Source: Nitrosopumilaceae archaeon
GTDB lineage: Archaea; Thermoproteota; Nitrososphaeria; Nitrososphaerales; Nitrosopumilaceae
Direction: 5' to 3'
Assembly (NCBI GenBank): GCA_965203465.1
Contig: CBDBCR010000003.1
Location: 384,001 to 448,000 of the forward strand
Length of the DNA: 64,000 bases
The notes beneath the pieces are model-generated. The model made no database searches. It was not told where the DNA came from and saw nothing but the letters and a program-made list of their open reading frames with translations. This document shows positions 1 to 9,699 of this stretch, in pieces (the stretch's first letter is position 1; each line of letters opens with the position of its first letter). The position numbers and the translations under genes were made by a program.

Positions 1-543
1 GCCGGCCCTGTAGATCTCTGTGGCCCCGCACGCGTCGGCGGCCACCACCGTGAGCGGGTCGATGTCGCCGGACGGGCCCGGCGGCGAGACCACCGCTATC
101 CGGCCCACCTCGGCAGCCGCAGCGGCGGTCACGGACATGACCGCCGAGCTCGGGTACCGCGCGAGGCCGCCGGGCACGTAGCAGCCGGCGCTCTCGACCG
201 GCTCGTACCGCTTTACCACCCTGCAGCCGGCCGCCGGATCGAAGCCGTCTTCCAGGTCGGGGCCGAAGCGCCCCTCGGCGCGCTCCAGGCGCGTCTGGGC
301 GCTTTCTATGGCACGCACCTGATCCCGGTCCACGTATTCGTATGCCTCCTCGACCTCCTTTCCGGACATTTTCAGGGGCTTGGCCCCGCCCCCGAACCGG
401 CGCTCGTGCTCGAGCAGCGCCTCGTCGCCCCGCGCGCGCACGTCCTGGATTATCTTGGCCGCCTCGCGCATCGCCTCCTCGCCGGGCCCCCTGCGTATGC
501 CTTCCATCATCTTTGCCGGATCGCCGGTGCGCAGCACCCTCAT
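1..543 (-). CDS. hisD: Histidinol dehydrogenase, N-terminal part (runs off the window start)
   Basis: Manual translation from ATG 543: MRVLRTGDPAKMMEGIRRGPGEEAMREAAKIIQDVRARGDEAL..., later ...PVESAGCYVPGGLARYPSSAVM. ATGA overlap with the hisG stop. Confidence 0.9.
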   Translation of the reverse strand, partial: MRVLRTGDPAKMMEGIRRGPGEEAMREAAKIIQDVRARGDEALLEHERRFGGGAKPLKMSGKEVEEAYEYVDRDQVRAIESAQTRLERAEGRFGPDLEDGFDPAAGCRVVKRYEPVESAGCYVPGGLARYPSSAVMSVTAAAAAEVGRIAVVSPPGPSGDIDPLTVVAADACGATEIYRAG

Positions 544-1514
544 CCCTCCTCGTCCCTCTTTACCTCTTCGAGCTCGAGTATCTGGCGCGGCTCGTGCACC
601 ACTATGCCCTGGGCCGTGCGGCGCAGGCGCGGCACCATCTTGTGAAAGTCGGACTTGCGCACCACCGTGTTGACCCCGTACCAGCCCTTCTGGCTCAGGG
701 GGCTGACCGTCGGGCGCTTGAGCGACGGCACCTCGGAGAGCAGTTTTTCCAGGTTGGCCTCCTTTACGTTTACGTACACGTGCAGGTACTTTCTGCCCTC
801 CACGGCGCCGCGCATCAGCGTCACGATGTCGTAGAGTTTGGCGCGCTTTTCGGGATCGGCCAGCGAGGACTTGTTGGCCACCAGCCGCGCGCTCGATTCG
901 AGCAGCTGCTCGGATATGCGCAGGCCGTTCTGGCGCAGCGTCGTGCCCGTCTCGGTCACGTCTATTATGGCGTCGACGTCCTCGGGGGGCTTTGCCTCGG
1001 TGGCGCCGAACGAGAGCACGACGTGGATCATCTCGTTGGAGCCGACGCGCACCCAGGGCGTGACTATGAGCGGGCTCTTTTTGCCGAACCTCTTGCGGTA
1101 CGAGGGGAGCGACTTTATGTACGCAGACGCGGTGGTCAGGTACTCTGACGATACGCGCAGGATCTTTTTGCGGCGCGCATAGTCGGAGACCATGGAATCG
1201 AGATTCTTGTAGCGCGCCCCGTCCGGCATGGCGGCCACCAGCCGTATGCGGCCGTACTCCAAGTCCAGCAGAACTTCGACGTCCGCGCGCGACTCGCCCA
1301 CCCAGTCGCTGCCAGTTATGCCCGCGTCGTACAGGCCCTCGGCCACGAGCGTGGGTATCTCCTGCGGGCGCAGCATCTTTACGACGATGTCGGGATCGTC
1401 GAGGTACACCCTGTATGTACGGTCCTTGCGGCGCACGCGGGTCCACGACCTTTCCAGGAGACTGAACGTGGCCTCTTCGAGGCTGCCCTTGGGTATAGCA
1501 AGCCGCACCGGCAC
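540..1514 (-). CDS. hisG: ATP phosphoribosyltransferase (long form)
   Basis: LAIPKGSL, RPQEIP, GITGSD and DAIIDVTETGTTLRQNGL motifs; C-terminal regulatory domain (PTVSPL). Confidence 0.96.
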   Translation of the reverse strand: MPVRLAIPKGSLEEATFSLLERSWTRVRRKDRTYRVYLDDPDIVVKMLRPQEIPTLVAEGLYDAGITGSDWVGESRADVEVLLDLEYGRIRLVAAMPDGARYKNLDSMVSDYARRKKILRVSSEYLTTASAYIKSLPSYRKRFGKKSPLIVTPWVRVGSNEMIHVVLSFGATEAKPPEDVDAIIDVTETGTTLRQNGLRISEQLLESSARLVANKSSLADPEKRAKLYDIVTLMRGAVEGRKYLHVYVNVKEANLEKLLSEVPSLKRPTVSPLSQKGWYGVNTVVRKSDFHKMVPRLRRTAQGIVVHEPRQILELEEVKRDEEG

Positions 1515-1794
1515 GGCGCGCCGCGGCGGGCCGTCCTATAATATCCATCGGCCAGGGATCACGTATGCACTCACCCCTCTCCCCCGGCCCGTAGGCACGA
1601 AACGCCCAGTCTGGCGTACTGCGGGGGCGGGGGAACCCATGGTTGGACACCCGCCGGCCTGTAGTAACGGCGCGCGCCCGTCCGGGCCGCCCCGACCGGG
1701 GCCTGTCCGCCCTCCGGCCGTCAACGCAGAATGAACAAAAAGTCAACAAAAATTGATCGAGACCTTTAGATCCGGGGTCTTTCGGGCCGCGCCC

Positions 1795-2078
1795 ATGGCG
1801 TCCGAAGCTGTGCCGCTGCGCGGAGAACTGGTCGCTGCCCACATCACGATCTTCGACCGGGACAACCAGATCGTGGTACTGGAGGAGCAGGTGGCCTCGG
1901 AGAGGGCAGAGAAGTACAAGGCCAGGCTGGCCCAGTACGAGGGCCCCAACGCCCCGTCGTCAACAAAGTCGCAGTTCGACCACAGGCGCAACAAGTACCG
2001 CAAAAAGCACGGGGCGCGCGGAAGCGACGTGTCCGGCTCGGACAGGCCGGTGCGGCCGGACGGCGAGGGCCGCAAGAG
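1795..2078 (+). mobile_element. IS66-like transposase N-terminal remnant
   Basis: MASEAVPL... coiled coil, then KARLAQYEGPNAPSSTKS and a basic stretch (RRNKYRKK...GRKR), resembling IS66-family N-termini. Similarity ends where a duplicated gene fragment begins; no DDE domain. Confidence 0.45.
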
Positions 2079-2201
2079 GCCGGTCTCGCGCGTAAAGTGG
2101 TTCTCAAAGCAGAGATCCGGGGTCAGATCCAGTATCGACTTCCCCGAGACTCCGGGTTTGCCTTCCGGTGCGCGGGAGCGAGCACCCGGGCCGAGTGCCA
2201 T
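2079..2201 (-). pseudogene. Truncated tandem paralog (first 41 codons) of the 2287..2610 gene
   Basis: MALGPGARSRAPEGKPGVSGKSILDLTPDLCFENHFTRETG aligns with MALESDTRSRAQAGETGALGTSILDLTLELCFENPFTRETG; nucleotide repeat 2079-2138 vs 2488-2547. Confidence 0.75.
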
Positions 2202-2286
2202 GTCCGGGCAACGGCGCGCAATAACGGTAGCGAGATCGCCTGCCCGGGAAAAGGCTCCGGCAACATGGGATCGGCGGCGTTCCGGA

Positions 2287-2610
2287 TCAAGCACGGGTAG
2301 CAGATTCGTCGCCCTGCGGGGAGTCAAGATGCTCTGCCAGCTTGTAGAGCGGCTTGCTGTGTATGTCTTGCCCGACTTGGACGAGCCTGCCCGTCCTGAC
2401 GTACTCGTCAAAGCCGCGCCTGGCCTTTATGATCTCGTCGCTCCACATCCACGTCTGGACGTGCTCTATGACCTCGTAGCGCGTCACGCCGGTCTCGCGC
2501 GTAAAGGGGTTCTCAAAGCAGAGCTCCAATGTCAGATCCAGTATCGATGTACCCAAGGCTCCGGTCTCGCCTGCCTGCGCGCGGGAACGCGTATCAGACT
2601 CAAGCGCCAT
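2287..2610 (-). CDS. Hypothetical protein, 107 aa (possible winged-helix-like)
   Basis: Protein-like composition; partial paralog immediately downstream; AT-rich element about 25 nt upstream. Confidence 0.6.
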   Translation of the reverse strand: MALESDTRSRAQAGETGALGTSILDLTLELCFENPFTRETGVTRYEVIEHVQTWMWSDEIIKARRGFDEYVRTGRLVQVGQDIHSKPLYKLAEHLDSPQGDESATRA

Positions 2611-2927
2611 GCACTGGCAACGCCACGGGACGTAATAAATGTCACTTTTCGTGTTCTAAACGATTTGCTGCGGGCAAGAGGAGTCGCCCCGTCTTGTTCG
2701 GATTCTGGTCAGTGCACATACGCTCTCGGAATCAATCGGGGGGTTTAGGTTCGTGCGTGGCCGTGCGCTCTTCAGGGAGACGATCGTAGGCACATGCAGC
2801 ATAGCGGCAGGCTAAATTTTGCAGTTCTTGCCACTTGATGCTAGTGCAGAAATGCCGCTACTCGTGAGCGTTGAGATCAGCCAATCGTCGCCCGCGCCGC
2901 GCGTTGCGTCTTGATCTGCGGCTTGGC

Positions 2928-3596
2928 TCATTCTCTCCACAGATCGCGCGCCCCCATCTCATGTTCGTTCGGGTAGTACGCCTTCATACTACGAGGGACG
3001 GGCACCGGTTCTGCCACCCGCAACCTCATTTCCAGCTGCCGGAGTCCGCCAAGAAACAGCCCTTGGCCATACCGCAGCGACTTGTGTAGTTTTCTTGCAT
3101 AAGGCGTGGCTTGCAGAACCTCCAGGGGTAGATCACGCGAGTCCAGTTCTATGCGTACGACTCCATCGTTCTTCATGTATTTGTGGCCTGGATTGAACGT
3201 GAACGAGAGCGAGCATTCCTCCCGCTGCGCCCGGGTTCCATGATCGGGTGCGCCTCCGTATGCCCCCTCTCGGTGGAAGGTGCGACGGCGTTTTAGCACT
3301 TCAAACTCACGCAAAGACACGGCCCGGTACACCCTGGCGTTCGACGAGTGGAGGCGCTCCATCGACGCGTTGTATCCTACAGATAGGGCTGCGCGCGCTT
3401 CCCACCCGCGCCGCACGGCCCAAGGGGCGCTTTTTACGTACTCGTCCGTAAGCGCGTCCACCTGACTGATCATGGCACCGACGCGCTCCGCTGGCATGTC
3501 TTCGTAATCTAGAATCAGACGGGTCGGTATGATGTCGATCCGCTTCAGGAAGTCGATCGCGTCCCGGTCTTCCGGGAAGGATCGCTCCCGTTCCAC
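2928..3596 (-). CDS. Hypothetical protein, candidate ADP-ribosyltransferase-like fold
   Basis: 222-aa ORF of lower GC, with ordered motifs VYRAV ... SLSFTFNP ... VVRIE ... QLEMRL. Confidence 0.55.
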   Translation of the reverse strand: MERERSFPEDRDAIDFLKRIDIIPTRLILDYEDMPAERVGAMISQVDALTDEYVKSAPWAVRRGWEARAALSVGYNASMERLHSSNARVYRAVSLREFEVLKRRRTFHREGAYGGAPDHGTRAQREECSLSFTFNPGHKYMKNDGVVRIELDSRDLPLEVLQATPYARKLHKSLRYGQGLFLGGLRQLEMRLRVAEPVPVPRSMKAYYPNEHEMGARDLWRE

Positions 3597-4132
3597 GTGC
3601 CCGCATATGCGCGCTATCTCCCCGCGCCACGGCGCGGCGCCCGTCGAGTCCAGCGCGCCGGCGCCCGGCCGCGCCGAATATCAAGATACGGCGGGGCGCC
3701 CGTTTTATCCGGCGCCGCCTTGGCGCGCGTGCGACGCTACACGGCGCTGGCCCGGCTGCTCGGGCTCCTCATGCGCACCGCGGCCCTCAGGCGCGTGCAG
3801 TCGCGCATAGAAGCTGCCTCGAAGAGCCAGATACTGCGGGCCGGCAGGGCGGCCAACCCGCGCCCGGTCGGTTCCAGCAGCGTCTCGTGGGCGCTGGCCG
3901 CGATCAATAAGCACGGCGGTTGGAAAAAATTGGCCGTTTGTCGGGAAAAACCGATCTGCGCGGCCCCCCTGCGGGCGCCAGGCCTCAGATGCGACAGAAT
4001 CCGCCATTCTGGTAAATTATGCAACCCCCGGGCGCCCGTCGATCGGGCCGTCGGCGGGCGCCCCGCGTGCCGGCCCCCGCACGGAAAAGGGGCGCCGCTC
4101 GGTATAAAAAAAGCCGCGCCCGGCCGCGCCGC

Positions 4133-5815
4133 GTGGAGCCGGAGATCGAGGCCAAAATACGCGGCATCGCGGCGGCCAACGCGGCCGAGCACGGCGGGCG
4201 CACGACCGAAAAGGTGGTTCTCGCAAAGGCGCTCGGCGCCGTGGCCGAGCTGCGGCCCCGGGCGAGGGAGATCGGGCCCGACATCGCCCGCATCGTATCG
4301 GAGGTCAACGCAATGAGCCCGGAGCGGCAGAGGGCAGAGGGGGGCGAAAAAAAGGCCAAGGCGCGCGCCGGGCGCGGGTTTTTGCCGCCGCTCGAGGGCG
4401 CGACAGACGGCGTCGTGACGCGCTTTCCGCCCGAGCCGAGCGGCTACCCCCACATCGGCCACGCCAAGGCGGCCATCATAAACGACGGGTACGCGAGGAT
4501 GTACGGCGGCAGGATGATACTGCGCATGGACGACACCAACCCCGAGGCCGAGCGGCTCGAGTACTACGCTGCCATAAAGGTGGGCCTGGAGTGGCTCGGG
4601 ATAAAGCCGGACGCGGTAAAAAACACGTCCGACGACATCGAGACGATACACGGAAAGTGCGCGCAGCTGATAGAGGCCGGCAGGGCGTACGTCTGCACGT
4701 GCAAGCGCGACAAGGTCAGCAGGGACAGGGCCGAGGGGCGCAACTGCAAGTGCAGGGCCCGCGCGCGCGAGGACGCCATGGAAAGGTGGGACAGGATGTT
4801 CGGCAGGTTCAAGCCCGGCGAGGCCGCCGTCAGGTTCGCAGGCGACATGTCCTCGGAGAACACGGCCATGAGGGATCCTGCCATCATGCGCGTGGTCGAG
4901 GCGCAGCACCCGCTGCTCGGCGACCGGCACCGGGTCTGGCCCGGCTACGACCTGGCCGTAGCCGTCGAGGACAGCCTCGACGGGGTCACGCACGCGCTCA
5001 GATCCAAGGAATACGAGCTGCGCGACGAGCTGTACCGCGCGATACTCGGCGCGCTCGGCATGCGGGCGCCGCGGATAGGCGCCTTTTCGCGCCTGGCCTT
5101 CAGCGACATGCCCGTATCCAAGAGGCTGATAGGCCCCCTGGTCGAGTCCGGAAAGATACCCTGGTACGACGATCCGCGGCTGCCCACCATAGAGGGCATG
5201 AGGAGGAGGGGCGTGGCGCCCGGCGCGGTCAGGGAGTTCGTAGAGTCGCTCGGCTTTACAAAGTCGGACACGCACGCCCCCTTCGAGGCGCTCGAGGCGT
5301 TCAACCGCCGCGCCATCGACGGCAAGAGCGCGCGGCTGCAGGCCGTCTTCGAGGCGCGCGAGGCGCGCGTGGAGGGCCTGCCGCCCAGCCTCGAGGTGCA
5401 GAACCATCCGGGCGGCGGCATGGGGCGGCGCGAGGTCGCGCTTTCCGAAGAGGTGCTGCTCGAAAAGTCAGAGTGCGCCGGCCTGGAGCCGGGCGCGAGG
5501 GCGCGCCTGATGGGCCTGGGCGACGTCGAGGTGACCGGCGCCGGGCGCGCGCTCGAGGCGCGGTACCTCGGCGGGCAGGAGCCGGATATACCGAAGCTTA
5601 GGTGGGTGCCCGCCCGGGGCGCGGTGCAGCTGAAGATAATCGTGCCCGGCCCGCTCTTCGAGGGCGGGCAGTACAGCGAAGAGAGCCTGTCGGAGAGGTC
5701 GGCCTGGACCGAGCCGCACTACCGGCAGATGGCAGACGGCGACCACATACAGTTCGTCAGGTACGGGTACTGCCGCAAGGATTCGCAGATGCAGGCGGTG
5801 TTCACCCACAAATGA
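4133..5815 (+). CDS. gltX: Glutamyl-tRNA synthetase (archaeal type)
   Basis: TRFPPEPSGYPHIGH (HIGH motif), LRMDDTNP, GVTHALRSKE, SKR, WDDPR-like motif, QFVRYGY. Start placed at GTG 4133, downstream of TATAAAAA. Confidence 0.96.
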   Translation: MEPEIEAKIRGIAAANAAEHGGRTTEKVVLAKALGAVAELRPRAREIGPDIARIVSEVNAMSPERQRAEGGEKKAKARAGRGFLPPLEGATDGVVTRFPPEPSGYPHIGHAKAAIINDGYARMYGGRMILRMDDTNPEAERLEYYAAIKVGLEWLGIKPDAVKNTSDDIETIHGKCAQLIEAGRAYVCTCKRDKVSRDRAEGRNCKCRARAREDAMERWDRMFGRFKPGEAAVRFAGDMSSENTAMRDPAIMRVVEAQHPLLGDRHRVWPGYDLAVAVEDSLDGVTHALRSKEYELRDELYRAILGALGMRAPRIGAFSRLAFSDMPVSKRLIGPLVESGKIPWYDDPRLPTIEGMRRRGVAPGAVREFVESLGFTKSDTHAPFEALEAFNRRAIDGKSARLQAVFEAREARVEGLPPSLEVQNHPGGGMGRREVALSEEVLLEKSECAGLEPGARARLMGLGDVEVTGAGRALEARYLGGQEPDIPKLRWVPARGAVQLKIIVPGPLFEGGQYSEESLSERSAWTEPHYRQMADGDHIQFVRYGYCRKDSQMQAVFTHK

Positions 5816-5846
5816 CTTTTTAACCCCGTGCCGGCGCGGCGCCGGC

Positions 5847-6719
5847 GTGAAGATAGCCAGGTTCATGGACGGGGATAAGGAGACGTACGGCCTTGTCAGC
5901 GGCGGCATGGCGGCCGCGCGCGAGGACATGGTCTACGAGACCGGCATACCCTTCCCGGAGAGCGTCAAGGAGTTCATGTTCGACGGCTGGCTGCAAGAGT
6001 CGGCCTCCAAGATAGGCTCGCTGGAGTACGGCCGCGCCGTTTCGGATCTGAGGATGCTCTGCCCCATACCCAACCCGCCCAAGATAATATGCCTGGCCTT
6101 CAACTATACTGACCACGCCCGCGAGCAGAACCTGACCCCGCCGGAGGATCCCGCGCTGGTGATGAAGCCGCGCACCGCCCTGTCGGGCACCGGCTCGGAC
6201 ATACTGTACCCAGAGTTCGTCTCAAAGCTGGACTACGAGATAGAGATGGCCCTGGTTATGGGAAAGACCGGCAGGGACATACCGGAGGGCGAGGCCATGG
6301 GGTACGTCTTCGGATACATGGTCTTCAACGACGTCTCGGCCAGGGACATACAGGCCGCCGACAAGCAGTTCACCAGGGCCAAGGGCTTCGACACGTTCGC
6401 CCCGTGCGGCCCGTGGATAACCACGCGCGACGAGATCCCCGATCCCCACGACCTGAGGCTCACCACGAGGGTCAACGGCGAGGTGCGGCAGGATTCGACC
6501 ACCTGCAACATGCACATAAAGATACCAGAGATCATCTCCAAGATAAGCAGGTGCATGACGGTCGAAAAGGGCGACATCATATCGACCGGCACGCCGGCCG
6601 GCGCCATGCTCAACAAGCCCGGCGCCGTGTTCCTCTCCGACGGCGACCGGATAGAGATGGAGATCGAGGGGCTGGGCAGCATCTGCAACACGGTGCGCGC
6701 GCGGCCGCAACGGTTTTAG
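5847..6719 (+). CDS. Fumarylacetoacetate hydrolase family protein
   Basis: KIICLAFNYTDH, LDYEIE, NDVSARDIQ, AKGFDTFAPCGP and GDIISTGTP motifs. Confidence 0.93.
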   Translation: MKIARFMDGDKETYGLVSGGMAAAREDMVYETGIPFPESVKEFMFDGWLQESASKIGSLEYGRAVSDLRMLCPIPNPPKIICLAFNYTDHAREQNLTPPEDPALVMKPRTALSGTGSDILYPEFVSKLDYEIEMALVMGKTGRDIPEGEAMGYVFGYMVFNDVSARDIQAADKQFTRAKGFDTFAPCGPWITTRDEIPDPHDLRLTTRVNGEVRQDSTTCNMHIKIPEIISKISRCMTVEKGDIISTGTPAGAMLNKPGAVFLSDGDRIEMEIEGLGSICNTVRARPQRF

Positions 6720-6743
6720 CGGGGCCGGCCGGCGGCCCGGGCG

Positions 6744-7067
6744 TTGAAGGTGACAGTGTGCAAGGAGGCAGAGCTGCCCCCCGGCTCGGTCAGGAAGGTG
6801 GAGGCCGGCACCTCGGAGATAGCCGTGTTCAACACAGGCTCTGGGTACTGCGCGCTCGACGACACGTGCACCCACGCGGGCGCGAGCCTCTCGGAGGGGC
6901 GCCTGGACGGGTGCAGGCTGGTGTGCGGCTGGCACGGCGCCGAGTTCGAGTGCGACGGGAAACTTGCAAAGTTTCCCGCAAAGATAGCCGACCTGTCCTC
7001 TTACCCCGTCTCGGTCGAGGCCGGCGTGGTGACAGTCGAGGTCGCAAAAGATCCGCCAGCGGACTGA
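6744..7067 (+). CDS. Rieske [2Fe-2S] ferredoxin
   Basis: CTH...CGWHGAEF Rieske ligand motifs. Confidence 0.92.
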   Translation: MKVTVCKEAELPPGSVRKVEAGTSEIAVFNTGSGYCALDDTCTHAGASLSEGRLDGCRLVCGWHGAEFECDGKLAKFPAKIADLSSYPVSVEAGVVTVEVAKDPPAD

Positions 7068-7240
7068 CTGCCTGATCGCGGGCGGGGCGGCAGGATCCAA
7101 GTCGCGCCCGTCTCTGGCGGGCCGGAGCCGCCGCCCGGATCCGGGCGCAGTTGAATTGCAGGCTCTCCTCGGCCTGCTCCGGCAACGCGGCCCGGGTGTG
7201 GGCAGGCGGAATCGGCGGCGGGCTCGGCATTCAAGTCTGG

Positions 7241-7765
7241 CTATTTGCGCATTCTGGGCCTCTTGCCAGCGTTCCCGCTACCGGGTTTGCGCAAAGCCGG
7301 AAAGCGCCGCTGTATATCGACGAGCCTAGCGCCGCACGCGCATAGCATTACCGGGTATTTTTTCTGTCCTATCTGGACTCTCATGCGTCGTAGTTTGTTG
7401 TGTTGGAACCATCGAGAATACCTTTTCGCGATCAGTGCAACGACCAGCTCGGGTTCCGCCTGTCCGAGGCTCGCCGTCATCTCGAGCACTTTTTTGCCCC
7501 CGGCTTCAAACTGCCTTTTTATGCGGTCCGTGTTTAGGGAAGAGCTCTTGACTTCGATCAGCGAGGCGGTCAACCCGTTGCCCACATCAAAGATTATGCA
7601 GTCGCATGCCGCAACTCCCCGTCCTGCGAGAATTTCGCCCTTTAGTATCACGTGCCGGGGCAGCCCGGCCAGATCGATCCGGCAATCGTGCTCGCGGCAC
7701 TTGGGGACGGCTGCATGCGCATACCCGGATTCGATGGCACTCAGCCTAGATCCCATTGATCGCAC
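7241..7765 (-). CDS. Small hypothetical protein, putative PD-(D/E)xK nuclease fold
   Basis: ACDCIIF...LIEVKS...RQF motif; overlaps the end of the upstream ATPase. Confidence 0.6.
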   Translation of the reverse strand: MRSMGSRLSAIESGYAHAAVPKCREHDCRIDLAGLPRHVILKGEILAGRGVAACDCIIFDVGNGLTASLIEVKSSSLNTDRIKRQFEAGGKKVLEMTASLGQAEPELVVALIAKRYSRWFQHNKLRRMRVQIGQKKYPVMLCACGARLVDIQRRFPALRKPGSGNAGKRPRMRK

Positions 7766-9191
7766 GATCCTGTATAGCCAGATACTCTACGTGCAATTCG
7801 TCGCTCGTCTTCACGAATTCGTCTGCCGGTATTCCCTCGTCGTCCACTTGCAGACGGCGTATGTCATATGCGCCTTGCGAGTGCCTGAACTCGTACGCCG
7901 CCACCTCGGCCGCGTTGAGGTAGTCGTTGGGTCCGAGGTTCAGATTGGACGACGAGCCGTTTTTGGCGGACAAGCCGGCACCGGCCTGCCGGGCCGCGAT
8001 GCTTCCTACCTGTATCAGGTTGCTCAGTTGATCCAGTATGAAAGGGCTGTGCGTGGTAAGGACGACTCTGAGCCCCAGCCTGACTAGCCTGACTAGGTAC
8101 TTGGCGAATACGGCTTGGTTGTGCGGGTGTAGGTGGGCTTCGGGTTCTTCTATGATCAGCGTGGATTTTTTGCTGATCATGTGCTTCAGATACAGTATAA
8201 ACGGCGCCATCTCGGACACCGTTGAGGATACGCGGTGGATTGGTATAGAGTGTCGCTTGTGTATGTATTTGATGTCGGATGTGTTGAGCCTGCGTTCTAT
8301 CTCTATCTGCCCTTGCAGTACTTCTTTTTCCAGCTCCGAGGCGACATCGTAAAACGGTCCACGTTTGGGCGGCATTTCTATAATGTCGCCTATGAAATCC
8401 GCGACCGCCCCGGACAGATTGGCGAACTCGGCTTTTCCGAGCCTCGCGTACGGAGCGTGTCGGATTATATTTGCAGAGATGGCCTTGTGTCCTTGGAGTA
8501 TGCCCGATCTAGCGGCCGGAAGGTAAAACGCCGCATCCGGTTCTAAGTAATCGTACATGGAGTCAAACACGATCGATTCTAGATCACGGTTTGATCTTGG
8601 CGCGTTGATGAAGATGGAGTTGCCCTCTACCCGGTACGTCAAATCGCCGTTGCGGGCCCTGTTCAGCGAAATGCTAGGTTTGGCGGAAAGCACGACTTTG
8701 CATGCGGAGCGCTTGTTGGAGATGCGCATCCTGGCGGTTATGCGGTTTGTCTGCATTCTGATGGTGCACTTTTCAGCGCCAAACCGGATCAGCGACGCAA
8801 AGTCGTCCAGAAAAGCACCCTTGACGCTGCCCAGAATTCTCTCTTGAAAGTGGTTGCAAAACTCGCCCACTAAATCTTCCACAACATCGTCCCGTACCGG
8901 CGTGCTGCCGTCTATGGTCGGCTTTGGTGTCGTGGCGATGTACTCTGCTTTGTGCACACGCCCCGACGGCGCCGATCCGCGCTTGCTGCCGAACATGGAA
9001 CGGACAAGCAGAGCCGCGTACGATTTGCCCGAATTGTTGGGCCCGAGGAGAACCGTCATTGGCATGAGAACCATGCTACCGCGGCGTATAGGCCCAAAGT
9101 CCCGTATGTCGATCTTTACGGCGTCGGCGGCGAATCCATTGGCGACCTTGCTACGCATGGCCCATATTCGAACACGCACCCAAAAAAACAT
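7746..9191 (-). CDS. ABC-type ATPase (AAA_15/AAA_21-like); start may be ATG 9158
   Basis: Walker A GPNNSGKS, signature-like SSTVSE, Walker B/D-loop IIEEPEAHLHP, H-loop TTHS; lower GC than flanks. Confidence 0.9.
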   Translation of the reverse strand: MFFWVRVRIWAMRSKVANGFAADAVKIDIRDFGPIRRGSMVLMPMTVLLGPNNSGKSYAALLVRSMFGSKRGSAPSGRVHKAEYIATTPKPTIDGSTPVRDDVVEDLVGEFCNHFQERILGSVKGAFLDDFASLIRFGAEKCTIRMQTNRITARMRISNKRSACKVVLSAKPSISLNRARNGDLTYRVEGNSIFINAPRSNRDLESIVFDSMYDYLEPDAAFYLPAARSGILQGHKAISANIIRHAPYARLGKAEFANLSGAVADFIGDIIEMPPKRGPFYDVASELEKEVLQGQIEIERRLNTSDIKYIHKRHSIPIHRVSSTVSEMAPFILYLKHMISKKSTLIIEEPEAHLHPHNQAVFAKYLVRLVRLGLRVVLTTHSPFILDQLSNLIQVGSIAARQAGAGLSAKNGSSSNLNLGPNDYLNAAEVAAYEFRHSQGAYDIRRLQVDDEGIPADEFVKTSDELHVEYLAIQDRAINGI

Positions 9192-9425
9192 ACCTCTGCG
9201 TCAAGGGATGCCGGCGAATCAACGCAGGCATGCGTACCCGCACGGGCCGCCCGAGTTTATAAAGAAAAGCCGGCCGCATCGTTGGGCCCCGGCCCGCGCC
9301 CGAATACGGCAGTCTTCAGGCCGAACGGGGCCGCGCCTGCGCCCGCCTTTGGCGGCCGCGCCCCGCCGTCCGGAACGGCCAGTTTGGGGCATAAGAAAAA
9401 ATACCTCCCCTCCGGGCCCCCGCCC

Positions 9426-9695
9426 ATGGCAGACGATGAGCGCAACAAGAGGACGCTGATGGAGGCGATCCAGACGCTGGGCCAGATAGAGGCGGGCCCG
9501 TCCACCCCAAAGACCGTAAAGAAGGCCATAGCCAGCCTCGTGGCCGACCTCAAGGGCGGCGAGTACTCGGTCTCGGTGAGGGCGGCAAACGCCATAAGCG
9601 TGCTGGACGACATCACGCAGGACCCCAACATGCCGTCGTACATCAGGACGCAGCTGTGGCAGACGGTCTCGAGGCTCGAGGGAATCAGGGAATAG
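9426..9695 (+). CDS. UPF0147 family archaeal protein
   Basis: MADDERNK...VRAANAISVLDDITQDPNMPSYIRTQLWQTVSRLE. Confidence 0.88.
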   Translation: MADDERNKRTLMEAIQTLGQIEAGPSTPKTVKKAIASLVADLKGGEYSVSVRAANAISVLDDITQDPNMPSYIRTQLWQTVSRLEGIRE

Positions 9696-9699
9696 GCCC

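Noticed and set aside
2079-2547. Diverged ~60-bp repeat pair as a possible DGR template/variable repeat
   Set aside because: Mismatches are not adenine-specific and there is no reverse transcriptase in the window; tandem gene duplication explains it.
3990-4030. AT-rich GGTAAATTATGCAACCCCC resembling an IS terminus
   Set aside because: No matching inverted partner found in the 1.5-4.0 kb patch.
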